Assembly: GCA_948941465.1 (NCBI GenBank)
Contig: CARATB010000002.1
Span: forward strand, 10,921 to 74,920
DNA length: 64,000 nt
Direction: 5' to 3'
DNA from: an uncultured Eubacteriales bacterium
GTDB taxonomy: Bacteria; Bacillota; Clostridia; Oscillospirales; Acutalibacteraceae
The number at the start of each line of letters is the position of its first letter. Positions within the stretch are counted from its first letter, which is position 1. Below are positions 19,841-28,727 of this stretch, piece by piece. The notes beneath the pieces were generated by a model. That model was given only the letters and a program-made list of their open reading frames with translations. It did not search any database and was not told the origin of the DNA. Both the position numbers and the translations under genes were made by a program.

Positions 19841-20836
19841 ATGGCATTCGACAACATCAGACTTGAAAAAAGCTTATACACTACAGGCAAATCATTCACA
19901 GCGGCATTGGAGGAGCTTGACCCCTCTGAAAACTACAGAGGCACCTCTCTTGAAGGACTTGATGCATATGAAAGACAGCTTAAAAGATTCGACATCAAGG
20001 TTTCGGGGGCTGAGTCAGACCCTGTATCAAAATTCTTCAAAACAAATGAGTCTTCTGCATTGTTCCCTGAATATGTATCAAGAGCAGTAAGAACAGGACT
20101 TGATTACAATGATTCAGTTGAAGAAATAATTGCATCGACAACTGAAATTGACAGTATGGATTATCGTTCTGTAATGACACAGTTAAATCTTGATGACTTT
20201 GAGCTTAATTACCTTGAAGAAGGACAGAGTCTTCCTGAATTCACAGTTAATCTGAGCGAAAAGCTTACTAAGCTTAAAAAGCATGGTAAAATGCTTGTTG
20301 CATCCTACGAGGCAATTAAATTCCAGAAGCTTGACCTCTTCACAACTGTTTTAAAACAGATTGGTGATTTCATAGCAAAAAGTGAATTTTATCAGGCAAT
20401 TGAAACAATCGGAGCTGAAAACAATATAAATGCAATTCAGTCAACCAACACAAGCCTGACATTCGGCGATCTTCTGGATTTATGGGAAAGCTGTAATCAG
20501 TTTAATATGACGACGCTTATGGTCAGCAAAAAGACTCTGAGAGATATTCTTGCCATGCCTGAGTTCAGGGATGCAAATGCAGGACTTGATTTCCATGCAA
20601 CAGGCAATATAGCCACTCCCTTCGGTGCAAAGATCATTGTGTCAACCGCCATTGATGACAACACTGTTTGTGCAATGGACAAAAACTATGCTCTTGAAAA
20701 GGTACAGACAGGCGGAATCACTACAGAATTTGACAAGCTGATTGACAGACAGCTTGAACGTGCAACTATTTCAACAATCACAGGCTTTTCTGTCATTTAC
20801 AGTGATGCAATCAAAATTCTGACACTGACTAACTAA
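19841..20836 (+). CDS. major capsid protein
   Basis: 331 aa in the capsid position with a strong AGGAGG RBS. Assignment rests on position and size. Confidence 0.65.
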   Translation: MAFDNIRLEKSLYTTGKSFTAALEELDPSENYRGTSLEGLDAYERQLKRFDIKVSGAESDPVSKFFKTNESSALFPEYVSRAVRTGLDYNDSVEEIIASTTEIDSMDYRSVMTQLNLDDFELNYLEEGQSLPEFTVNLSEKLTKLKKHGKMLVASYEAIKFQKLDLFTTVLKQIGDFIAKSEFYQAIETIGAENNINAIQSTNTSLTFGDLLDLWESCNQFNMTTLMVSKKTLRDILAMPEFRDANAGLDFHATGNIATPFGAKIIVSTAIDDNTVCAMDKNYALEKVQTGGITTEFDKLIDRQLERATISTITGFSVIYSDAIKILTLTN

Positions 20837-20848
20837 GGACGGTGCAAT

Positions 20849-21199
20849 ATGGCAAATATCAATACTGTCATTAAAGAGCTCTCCGTATTGCTTGGAATTG
20901 ATGAAGAAGATACAGTAAAATACAGCAGCATAACTGAAAATGCAGTAAAAAGCATAGAACAGCTTTTAAAAAATGACGAAAGCATTCAGAACAATCGTAT
21001 TGTTTACCTTTGCGCAGTTAAGGCATTTTATCGTATTGTCCTTTCAGAAAAGGATGATATATGCTCTTTCTCAGCAGGTGACATATCCTATTCAAAAAAT
21101 TCGTCTGCTATTGAGAATGCAGAAAAGCTTTTGAAAGATGCATTTAAGGATTGCCGTGATCTGCTTAAAGATACGGTCTTTGCTTTTAAGGTGGTGTAA
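20849..21199 (+). CDS. head-tail connector protein
   Basis: 116 aa directly after the capsid gene, the gp6-like position. Confidence 0.45.
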   Translation: MANINTVIKELSVLLGIDEEDTVKYSSITENAVKSIEQLLKNDESIQNNRIVYLCAVKAFYRIVLSEKDDICSFSAGDISYSKNSSAIENAEKLLKDAFKDCRDLLKDTVFAFKVV

Positions 21200-21200
21200 T

Positions 21201-21551
21201 ATGAACACACGGCACATTATACAAAAAGAAATCGAAAATTTAGGAGCAACAGTTATTATAACTGACGGAGAATGGAGTTCTGTACCATTTAAAGCAATAC
21301 TCCGTCCTCTATGGCGAAAGAAAAGCTCGAATTTTGAAAAAAAGCTCACCGAGCTTGGCGGCAGTCTTATGGAATATTATCAGTACATAGGTTCAGCCAA
21401 TCATTCCATCACTGATTTAACAGAGGATGCACTGCTTATCTTTGACGGTGAAAGCTATGAATTCAAGCACCGTGACAAGGTCATTGCAAATAATCAAGTA
21501 CTATTTTACACCGGAATCCTCAGAAAGCTGAAGGGTGACGACAATGATTAA
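21201..21551 (+). CDS. head closure / head-tail adaptor protein
   Basis: The ATG at 21201 follows the upstream stop by 1 nt. Size and position fit. The track start at 21138 lies inside the previous gene. Confidence 0.4.
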   Translation: MNTRHIIQKEIENLGATVIITDGEWSSVPFKAILRPLWRKKSSNFEKKLTELGGSLMEYYQYIGSANHSITDLTEDALLIFDGESYEFKHRDKVIANNQVLFYTGILRKLKGDDND

Positions 21552-21942
21552 TACCGAAAAAATTGTTGACGAGCTGATTAACAGTATCGGAAACATAGAA
21601 AATGCAAAAATTATCAGAGCATATCCGAACAAAGATAAACCTACAAAAATAACAAAAGCCTATATAGCCATCAAAATCAAAGAAATAAAGCTGGAGCCAT
21701 ATCAGATTGACTATCCATACAAAGCAGGTGAATTAACCGTATCGGCAGATTTATTCTGCCCCCTGAAATGGGACAGCAGTGAGCTTACAAAGCTTTTTTC
21801 AAAGCTGTGCACCGCTGTTGAAAAATACAACATCACTTCAATATCAGCAGAAAACATAACCGCTGATACGAACACACAGGCGTATATGTTAAAAACTTCC
21901 ATAACCTTTTATAACAAATTTGATTTTGGAGGTGACGAGTAA
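21544..21942 (+). CDS. tail completion / neck protein (DUF3168-like)
   Basis: 132 aa. Overlaps the upstream gene and is the last gene of the head-completion block. Confidence 0.4.
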   Translation: MINTEKIVDELINSIGNIENAKIIRAYPNKDKPTKITKAYIAIKIKEIKLEPYQIDYPYKAGELTVSADLFCPLKWDSSELTKLFSKLCTAVEKYNITSISAENITADTNTQAYMLKTSITFYNKFDFGGDE

Positions 21943-22034
21943 TGGATCATGATTCAATCAATTCGGCAGAAAGATTAAGTGAAATAATCAGGCTTGACCA
22001 GAAACGATATGACAAAAGCTCAGGAGGTAATTAA
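21942..22034 (+). CDS. 30-aa hypothetical ORF at the head/baseplate junction
   Basis: Own translation: MDHDSINSAERLSEIIRLDQKRYDKSSGGN. TAATG overlap with the upstream stop. It is below the track size cut-off. Confidence 0.25.
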   Translation: MDHDSINSAERLSEIIRLDQKRYDKSSGGN

Positions 22035-22040
22035 AATAAA

Positions 22041-22553
22041 ATGAAAATGAAATTCAAGGATTTTACGTTCCCGTCAAATCCAAGAGAAATAGAAATTAAT
22101 ATCTCCTCCAACATTCAGTCAAAAGGAATTTACGGCGGCAGCAGTGCAACAGAAAATATTTCTGTAAACCCTATTATAATCAGTGGCAAGGGTGAATTTT
22201 TTGATGATCATGCAGAGGAACTGTGTCTTTACCTTCAGCATATGCTGAAAGATAAAACTGCGGGGGAGCTTATGCTCCCCTCTTCTGCGGGACTTAATGC
22301 ATTTCTGACAGAATTTACATATTCAAAAAACTGCAGAAAAGGCAGCATAGAATATAATTTTGTATTCACTGAAAGCTGCAGCAAAACATATAGCAAAAGA
22401 AAAACAAATTACACAATTGCAGAAAAAAATGAAAATGCCTTTGAGATTGCAGGCAGATGTAATATCTCGGTCAGTGATATTATGAATTTAAATAATTTCC
22501 CGACCCCATTCAGTATAAACGAAGGTGACAGGGTGGTGCTTTATGATAATTGA
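22041..22553 (+). CDS. LysM-domain phage tail/baseplate hub protein (XkdP-like; N-terminus resembles Mu gp43)
   Basis: C-terminal FEIAGRCNISVSDIMNLNNF..INEGDRVVL is a LysM domain. The N-terminal FKDFTFPSNP...GELMLP pattern resembles the DNA-circulation N-terminal domain. Confidence 0.55.
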   Translation: MKMKFKDFTFPSNPREIEINISSNIQSKGIYGGSSATENISVNPIIISGKGEFFDDHAEELCLYLQHMLKDKTAGELMLPSSAGLNAFLTEFTYSKNCRKGSIEYNFVFTESCSKTYSKRKTNYTIAEKNENAFEIAGRCNISVSDIMNLNNFPTPFSINEGDRVVLYDN

Positions 22554-23490
22554 ATTGACAACTGTAGACGGCAAAAAAATTACTGTCGATAAATTCACCG
22601 AGCTTTGCTTTACCCAGACCGCAGGAGTAGCCTGTGACAGTCTGTGGACAACATTTATATCAGACAATTGTATTGATGATATAGACAGTGTAAAGCTTTA
22701 CATTAATTATAAGCTTGTATTCAGCGGACTTTGCGACTGTCAGAAAAGCACATATGATACCAACGGATTTGAAATATACTTTTATGCCCGTTCAACAGCC
22801 TGCATACTTGTTGATAATGAGGCTGAGCCTTACACATATCAACACCCAAGTGCAAAGCAGCTATGCTTTTCACTGGCTGAGGGACTGGGATTTTCAAACA
22901 GTCTGCCTGATATCAGCAGCACAAACCAATATGAAATCACCAAAGGGACATCACGCTACGGCGCAATCAGTCAATTTGTTTCGCTGTTAACAGGAAAGTA
23001 TATTAACATTACACCGAAAAATGACATTGAATTAATATCAGAAAGCAGTGAAATAAAAAGCCTTAATGATTATGATATTTTGTCACTGACAGAAACCATT
23101 AACCGCAGCGAGCCCTTGTCACAGATTCAGTTTAAGCAAACCTCTTCTCAGGAGAAATATAATCTGCACACAAAATCAATGCTTTGTGACAGGCTTGGTA
23201 TTAACAGAACAAAATTTATTAACCTGAATTCCCTGCCCCGATGGCAAAGAGATAATACCGTGCTTCTTCAGTTGAAAAACTCCTTTGAAAATTACAGAAT
23301 ACTTGAGGCAAATGTACACGGCTATGCTGATGAACCATTGCTCCGGCGTTTCAACTGCATCACCAATCACAAAAGCTACAATGATTATATTTTAACAGAA
23401 CGTAAATTCATCTGTACTGAAAAAGGAACTGTAACAAAGCTAACATTAAAAAAGCAAATTGATATTAAGGAGATTACATATGTGGATTAG
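22543..23490 (+). CDS. baseplate hub protein (XkdQ / late-control gpD-like)
   Basis: 316 aa, positioned after the LysM protein as in PBSX. The ATG at 22543 overlaps the upstream stop. Confidence 0.5.
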   Translation: MIIELTTVDGKKITVDKFTELCFTQTAGVACDSLWTTFISDNCIDDIDSVKLYINYKLVFSGLCDCQKSTYDTNGFEIYFYARSTACILVDNEAEPYTYQHPSAKQLCFSLAEGLGFSNSLPDISSTNQYEITKGTSRYGAISQFVSLLTGKYINITPKNDIELISESSEIKSLNDYDILSLTETINRSEPLSQIQFKQTSSQEKYNLHTKSMLCDRLGINRTKFINLNSLPRWQRDNTVLLQLKNSFENYRILEANVHGYADEPLLRRFNCITNHKSYNDYILTERKFICTEKGTVTKLTLKKQIDIKEITYVD

Positions 23491-23836
23491 CAAACAGATT
23501 GTTAAAGAAAGCAGTGAGCCATATGCACAAACAGGCAAGAGCACACTTAATAACAATGGCAGTGTTGAAGCAGTTTCATCAGGTGTTAACAGAGATCTGA
23601 AATTAGTTTCTCCCTACGGATACAGCTTTTCACTGCCTGCAGGGACAGGGCTTCTGTTAATGAAGGCTGACGGCAGTCAGCTTGGTATAGGAGTACCTGC
23701 AAATGACAGCAGTCTTAAAACAGGCGAAATAAAAATCACTTCAAAATCAGGAGCATTTATTCACCTGCGTGATGACGGCAGTATCAGCCTTAACGGCTTA
23801 ATTATTAATAATAACGGGGTGATTGACAGTGACTGA
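23480..23836 (+). CDS. baseplate spike/assembly protein (gpV / XkdR-like)
   Basis: 118 aa with a beta-rich GEIKITSKSGAFIHLRDDGSISLNG motif. Overlaps its neighbours. Confidence 0.4.
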   Translation: MWISKQIVKESSEPYAQTGKSTLNNNGSVEAVSSGVNRDLKLVSPYGYSFSLPAGTGLLLMKADGSQLGIGVPANDSSLKTGEIKITSKSGAFIHLRDDGSISLNGLIINNNGVIDSD

Positions 23837-24092
23837 ACAGATTATTAAAGATTGTATTTCTGCTTTAGCCTGCCCATTGGGTCAGTTTTATCCTGACAAA
23901 AACTACGGCAGCAGACTGAACGGACAAGCTGATATTAACAGCCTGCTTTGTGCAGCAAGGCTTGCTGTCAATAACATAAACGGTGTATATATAAAAAACG
24001 GAAAAACAGAGGATAATACGCTGATATTATCCGTCATAATTAATGAAAACGAGGAAAGGACAGTGATTATTGACCTTGATGAGAGCATATGA
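23823..24092 (+). CDS. baseplate wedge protein (gpW/gp25 / XkdS-like)
   Basis: 89 aa directly upstream of the baseplate J gene. Confidence 0.4.
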   Translation: MTVTEQIIKDCISALACPLGQFYPDKNYGSRLNGQADINSLLCAARLAVNNINGVYIKNGKTEDNTLILSVIINENEERTVIIDLDESI

Positions 24093-25149
24093 GGAAATTC
24101 TAAGCAGAATGAAAAATGCGTATTTCAATGAATGCGGCGAGGCAGTTGAAAAGAATTCAAAAACAGAAAAAAGGCTTGAAATTCTGGCAAGTGAGCTGTT
24201 TTCAATATCCTGCTATGGTGATTATATTTTCAGGCAGGCTTTTGTACAGACTGCCACAGGTGATAACCTTGACAAGCTCGGAGAGCTCAGAGGATGCATC
24301 AGAAAAAAGAAGGATTATGCGCACGGCGAACTTTATTTCACAATAAACGAGGCAGTCGACTATGATATTGAGATACCTCAGAATACAGTCTGCTCCGTGT
24401 CAGGCAAGCCTTTTCTCCAATTTTCCGTTACTGACTCTGCAGTTATTCCGGCAGGTGAAACAGGCGTAAGTGTTCCTGCGAAAGCGATTGACTGCGGAAA
24501 CGATTATAATGCTGATGCCGGAACAGTTACAGTAATGGTTAATGCACCTATCGGCGTTGCAGCAGTGACAAACCCTGCCGATTTTGATGGCGGCTATGAT
24601 GGAGAAAGCGACCTTGCGTACAGAGACAGAATACTCCGCCGCTTTGATGTTTTGCCAAATCAGCTTAACACAACATCAATTGAAAACAATATTCTCACCC
24701 TTGATTATATAACTGACTGCAATGTTCCATTTTCAGACACTGCCAACAGAATAACTGTTTTTGTATCTACTAAGGACAATGAACTGACAGCACAGCAGAT
24801 AACAGAAATCAGGGATAAAATTGCCATCGGCAAAATTGCGGCAATCACACGCAACGTAAATCTTGCAAAAAAGAAAAAATACACCTTGACCATTGAAATA
24901 TTCTGTATGAAAGGCTTTGATAAAGACGAAATTACAGAGCTTGTAACAAACCGAGTTAATAATATGGTTTCCGCACTCAGAATAGGTCAGACACTTTCGC
25001 TAAAGGATATTTCAAAATCCATGTCGGATATTGACGGCATCGTTGACCATAATATTTATTCTGACAAGGCAGAGGGTAATTTTATTTACTGCAAAAGTGA
25101 CAAAATACTTCATTTAAAAAGTCTGGCGGTGAACTGCTTTGATGAATGA
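24079..25149 (+). CDS. baseplate J-like protein (XkdT-like)
   Basis: About 356 aa. The pattern ...TATGDNLDKLGELRG..R....A.G.. is typical of baseplate J. Confidence 0.7.
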   Translation: MRAYEEILSRMKNAYFNECGEAVEKNSKTEKRLEILASELFSISCYGDYIFRQAFVQTATGDNLDKLGELRGCIRKKKDYAHGELYFTINEAVDYDIEIPQNTVCSVSGKPFLQFSVTDSAVIPAGETGVSVPAKAIDCGNDYNADAGTVTVMVNAPIGVAAVTNPADFDGGYDGESDLAYRDRILRRFDVLPNQLNTTSIENNILTLDYITDCNVPFSDTANRITVFVSTKDNELTAQQITEIRDKIAIGKIAAITRNVNLAKKKKYTLTIEIFCMKGFDKDEITELVTNRVNNMVSALRIGQTLSLKDISKSMSDIDGIVDHNIYSDKAEGNFIYCKSDKILHLKSLAVNCFDE

Positions 25150-25702
25150 TATTGAAAAGAGAATTATAAAGCTTGCCGATTTAATCAGCATCGCAACTGA
25201 AGATAACAGCCGAGAACTTGCAGAGCTGAAAGGCTATGCAGAAGGCATTAAATTAATTTTAAGTGACCTTGAAAAAACAGCTTTGCAGTTATCACCTGAA
25301 ACAGCAGAGGATATGGCACTCGGTCTTTTCTGCGATATGATGGGTATTGATTATACACTAAGTGACAGTGAAAAAAGAGAGCTGATAAAAAAAGGTTTTT
25401 TAATGGACGGCATTCATTACGCAAACGGTGAATTTGAAGAAAAACTGGCATCCGCACATTTTAACGCTCAGCTTTCTGCAGGCACACTCACTCTTTCAAA
25501 CGCAGCAGAACCAACGGCAGAAGATTTTAAAAAGCTTGCAGATATTATGAAAAACTATGCTTCACCAAATCTTTTTATCACATTTGAAGGTGACGGAATA
25601 ACATTTGAAAAATGGGATGCATTTGACTTTATGTTTGATGAATATGACAAGCTGAATTACCCATTTTCAATGCTTGACACAATTAAAACGGAGGAAATAT
25701 GA
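25139..25702 (+). CDS. phage tail protein XkdU/YmfQ-like (DUF2313)
   Basis: 187 aa, positioned after baseplate J. Contains the SPETAEDMALGLFCDMMGI motif. Confidence 0.6.
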   Translation: MMNDIEKRIIKLADLISIATEDNSRELAELKGYAEGIKLILSDLEKTALQLSPETAEDMALGLFCDMMGIDYTLSDSEKRELIKKGFLMDGIHYANGEFEEKLASAHFNAQLSAGTLTLSNAAEPTAEDFKKLADIMKNYASPNLFITFEGDGITFEKWDAFDFMFDEYDKLNYPFSMLDTIKTEEI

Positions 25703-26181
25703 GCAGTACGAATAAAACAGAGGTTTTAAGGTTAAATCAGTGGATAAGCTCCGATAAACCAAAGCGTGAGGACTTCAACTATGACAATCAGGTAATTGAA
25801 AATAATTTTAATTACCACACAAGCGACAAATTCATCCACATTACACAGGGTGAAAGAGAAAACTGGAATCTGTTTTCATACAGCGGAATGTATTACGGCA
25901 ACGGTAATATTGAAAGAACTATTGATACGGGATGCCCCTTTGAAGTGTCCTTTGCAGTGGTATTTGCCAATAACAGACCGCTGGCTGTAACCAGATTTTC
26001 AGATTCAAAAAATCATAATTATATGGCATTTGCAGGCAAGCTTGCCAACAGCACAGGTATTAAGCTGAAAAATAATGGCAAACAGCTGACTGTCAGTCAA
26101 AGTGCAACTGCCGTACTCAATAACGAGTATATGAACCTGAATGAAGCAGGTGTAGCTTATTGTTATGTAATGTTCAGGTAA
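25699..26181 (+). CDS. short tail-fibre-like protein
   Basis: The N-terminal LRLNQWISSDKPKREDFNYDNQVIE motif is common at the N-terminus of Firmicute phage tail fibres. At 160 aa it is unusually short. Confidence 0.45.
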   Translation: MSSTNKTEVLRLNQWISSDKPKREDFNYDNQVIENNFNYHTSDKFIHITQGERENWNLFSYSGMYYGNGNIERTIDTGCPFEVSFAVVFANNRPLAVTRFSDSKNHNYMAFAGKLANSTGIKLKNNGKQLTVSQSATAVLNNEYMNLNEAGVAYCYVMFR

Positions 26182-26196
26182 CTATAATTTGTAAAT

Positions 26197-26229
26197 AAAA
26201 CAAGGCACGATAAAATCGTGCCTTGTTTT
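26197..26229. terminator. bidirectional intrinsic terminator at the right edge of the prophage remnant
   Basis: Hairpin AAAACAAGGCACGA-TAAAA-TCGTGCCTTGTTTT. Confidence 0.75.
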
Positions 26230-26231
26230 AT

Positions 26232-26489
26232 TTACAGCTTATTCTCTTCCTGGTATTCCTTTGAAAATTCAGTATTCAGCTCATCGGGAATAGGCACACC
26301 CATTTCCGTTACATTATCAGGCTGTACGGTAGGATTGCTTGCCCAGCTTGCATACCTGTTTGTAATATTAGGGTCAAGCTGGTATTTCTGCTCAAAGCTT
26401 CGCTTGTGCCTATGGGTTTCAGCAGGCACGTCATAATTATTCAAACTGTTAATAGTTTGCTTTGAGTCATTTTCGTTATCCCTGCACAT
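26232..26489 (-). CDS. hypothetical 85-aa hydrophilic protein
   Basis: ORF in the track. The ATG at 26489 overlaps the stop of the upstream 51-aa ORF by 14 nt. Confidence 0.4.
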   Translation of the reverse strand: MCRDNENDSKQTINSLNNYDVPAETHRHKRSFEQKYQLDPNITNRYASWASNPTVQPDNVTEMGVPIPDELNTEFSKEYQEENKL

Positions 26490-26631
26490 TGCCTGCTCCT
26501 TCGGCAATTGCCTTTAAATCTTCAAGTGAATTAATTTTTGCACCGCTCTGAATGATTGATTCCTGCATCATTTCAGGCAGTGAATTAAAGTATTCCTGCA
26601 TCTGCGGTGTTAAGTTAAACATATCGGGCAT
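26476..26631 (-). CDS. hypothetical 51-aa protein
   Basis: Own translation: MPDMFNLTPQMQEYFNSLPEMMQESIIQSGAKINSLEDLKAIAEGAGNVQG. AAAGGAG RBS sits 7 nt upstream. It is below the track size cut-off. Confidence 0.4.
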   Translation of the reverse strand: MPDMFNLTPQMQEYFNSLPEMMQESIIQSGAKINSLEDLKAIAEGAGNVQG

Positions 26632-26670
26632 AATAAAAACTCCTTTCAGCTTTAGTTTATCCGAAAGGAG

Positions 26671-27705
26671 TTAAATTAATTCACTGATTATTAAATTGCT
26701 GACTAACATTCCGTCAGGTGTCAGGGCAATTTTTTTATCTGTTTCTGACATCAGACCGGCCGAAACAAAAGCCGAAAAATCTTTTTTTACAAATTTTTTG
26801 TCAATACCGCTGCAAAGCCTCAAGCCAAGCATTATTTTTTCGTCATCACTGCCGCCTGTACCGTCATCAATAAGATTAAAAGCTTTATCATAATAAAAAC
26901 GCCTGCCATTAAAATATGAATGTGCAGAAGCACCCAAACCAAGATAAGGTACAAGCTCCCAGTATTTCAGGTTGTGTCTGCTTTCAAAGCCCGGTTTTGA
27001 AAAATTGCTTATTTCATATTGATTAAAGCCAAGTAACTTTAGCGAATCGATCGTCTTTAAATACATCTCAGCAACAATGTCCTCATCAGGCAATGACAAA
27101 CGGTCACCCATTTCATAAAACCTTGTACCCTCTTCAATCTTCAGCATATAGGCACTGATATGCGTAACATTCATTTTTTCAATAAATTCAAAGGTCTCAT
27201 CAAGTGTGTCAAGCGTCTGCTTCGGAGTGCCGAGCATAACATCAAGACTTATGTTGGTAATACCTGCTTTTTTTGCATCACTGACAGCCCTTGCAACCTC
27301 TGCCTGTCCTGCTGACCTGCCAAGAGCAAAGCGTTCCTCGTTCCTTGCACTTTGCATACCAAGGCTTATTCGATTAACACCGAAAGACAAATATTTTTCA
27401 AAATCATACTCAAGACTTTTTGACGGATTGCATTCAACTGTTATTTCACAGTCAGCAGAAATATCAAACTGTTCCTTAGCAGCACTAATTATTCTGCCTA
27501 TCAAATCAGCATTTATGATTGACGGCGTACCGCCGCCGAAATAAATTGTGTCAAAGCTGCCGCAGTATTTTTTCATTTCAGAAATAAGTCTGTCGGTGTA
27601 CTTTTCAGCCGGCACCTCGTCATACTTAACACTGAAAAAATCACAATAAGGACATTTTGATTTGCAGAAAGGAATGTGGATATATAAACCTGATTTTTTA
27701 ACCAC
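26671..27705 (-). CDS. hemW: radical SAM family haem chaperone HemW (oxygen-independent coproporphyrinogen oxidase-like)
   Basis: LYIHIPFCKSKCPYCDF contains the CxxxCxxC radical SAM motif. Length and C-terminal HemN_C-like region fit. Confidence 0.85.
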   Translation of the reverse strand: MVKKSGLYIHIPFCKSKCPYCDFFSVKYDEVPAEKYTDRLISEMKKYCGSFDTIYFGGGTPSIINADLIGRIISAAKEQFDISADCEITVECNPSKSLEYDFEKYLSFGVNRISLGMQSARNEERFALGRSAGQAEVARAVSDAKKAGITNISLDVMLGTPKQTLDTLDETFEFIEKMNVTHISAYMLKIEEGTRFYEMGDRLSLPDEDIVAEMYLKTIDSLKLLGFNQYEISNFSKPGFESRHNLKYWELVPYLGLGASAHSYFNGRRFYYDKAFNLIDDGTGGSDDEKIMLGLRLCSGIDKKFVKKDFSAFVSAGLMSETDKKIALTPDGMLVSNLIISELI

Positions 27706-27734
27706 GTAAATCCTCCATTAAAAAATAGAATTAC

Positions 27735-28727
27735 TTATTGTTCACTTTTCTTTTCCCTGTTCATAAGAAGACTTACTGCCTTATCGGGAGCAAGCTCACC
27801 GCTTACGGTTTTATGAACTGCAGTGATAATCGGCATATCAACCTTGTATTTTTCAGCAAGCTTAAGTGCTGAAGGAATAGCGTGTATGCCCTCAACAACC
27901 ATTCCTACCTTTTTGATTGCCTCCTCGGCAGAATCACCGCTGCCGATAAGAAAGCCTGCTCTGTTATTTCTGCTGTGACAGCTTGTAGCAGTAACAATCA
28001 AATCGCCCAGACCGGCAAGACCCGCAAACGTCATTTTATCGCAATTCATAGCCATTCCCAGACGTGACATTTCAGCAATGCCTCTTGTAATGATAGCAGC
28101 CTTTGCATTGTCACCGAAGCCAAGACCCGTTGATATTCCGCAGGCAAGAGCAATGATATTTTTCAGTGCGCCGCAAAGCTCTACACCTAAAATATCTTCA
28201 TTCGTATACACACGCATACAGGTATTCATAAAAATACTCTGCACCTGTTGTGCTGCATTCAGATTGCGGCAGGCAGCCACAACTGTTGTAGGCAAGCCCA
28301 ATGCAACCTCCTCTGCGTGGGTCGGACCTGACAAGGCAACAACGGTAACATTTTTTCCTATACCATCTTTTATTACCTGTGACATCGTGAACAGGGTATC
28401 CTCTTCCAGACCCTTTGCCGCATCAACGATAATCTGCCCCTCTTTAATATAAGGAGCTGCTTTTTTGACAGTTTCTCTGACATATGGTGATGCAACTGCA
28501 AAAAGCAAAATATCCTTATCAGAGCATACCTTTGAAATATCGTTTGTAAAAACAATATTATCCGGAATAACAGAGCCTTTTAGATTCGGGTGCGTATGTG
28601 TTGCTTCAAGTGTTTTAAGTTCATCATCAAGTGCCGACCAAAGGGTAACACCGTTTGCATTTTGCGCAAGCATAATTGCTAACGCCGTTCCCCATGTGCC
28701 TGCACCGAGTACACCTATTCTGCTCAT
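27735..28727 (-). CDS. gpsA: NAD(P)H-dependent glycerol-3-phosphate dehydrogenase
   Basis: Starts IGVLGAGTWGTALA (Rossmann fold). Contains ALKNIIALACGI and SRNNRAGFLIG motifs. Confidence 0.9.
   Translation of the reverse strand: MSRIGVLGAGTWGTALAIMLAQNANGVTLWSALDDELKTLEATHTHPNLKGSVIPDNIVFTNDISKVCSDKDILLFAVASPYVRETVKKAAPYIKEGQIIVDAAKGLEEDTLFTMSQVIKDGIGKNVTVVALSGPTHAEEVALGLPTTVVAACRNLNAAQQVQSIFMNTCMRVYTNEDILGVELCGALKNIIALACGISTGLGFGDNAKAAIITRGIAEMSRLGMAMNCDKMTFAGLAGLGDLIVTATSCHSRNNRAGFLIGSGDSAEEAIKKVGMVVEGIHAIPSALKLAEKYKVDMPIITAVHKTVSGELAPDKAVSLLMNREKKSEQ

Larger units (their letters stand above)
16090..26181 (+). mobile_element. prophage remnant (PBSX/Mu-like myovirus head plus baseplate modules only)
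   Basis: Contains 16 co-oriented, tightly packed or overlapping phage structural ORFs. terS is truncated at the left edge. No sheath, tube, TMP, lysis, integrase or repressor genes. Confidence 0.75.

Noticed and set aside
16090-26181. Intact inducible prophage
   Set aside because: terS is truncated. Tail sheath, tube and tape measure genes are missing, as are lysis, integrase, repressor and replication genes. No flanking direct repeats were found by eye.
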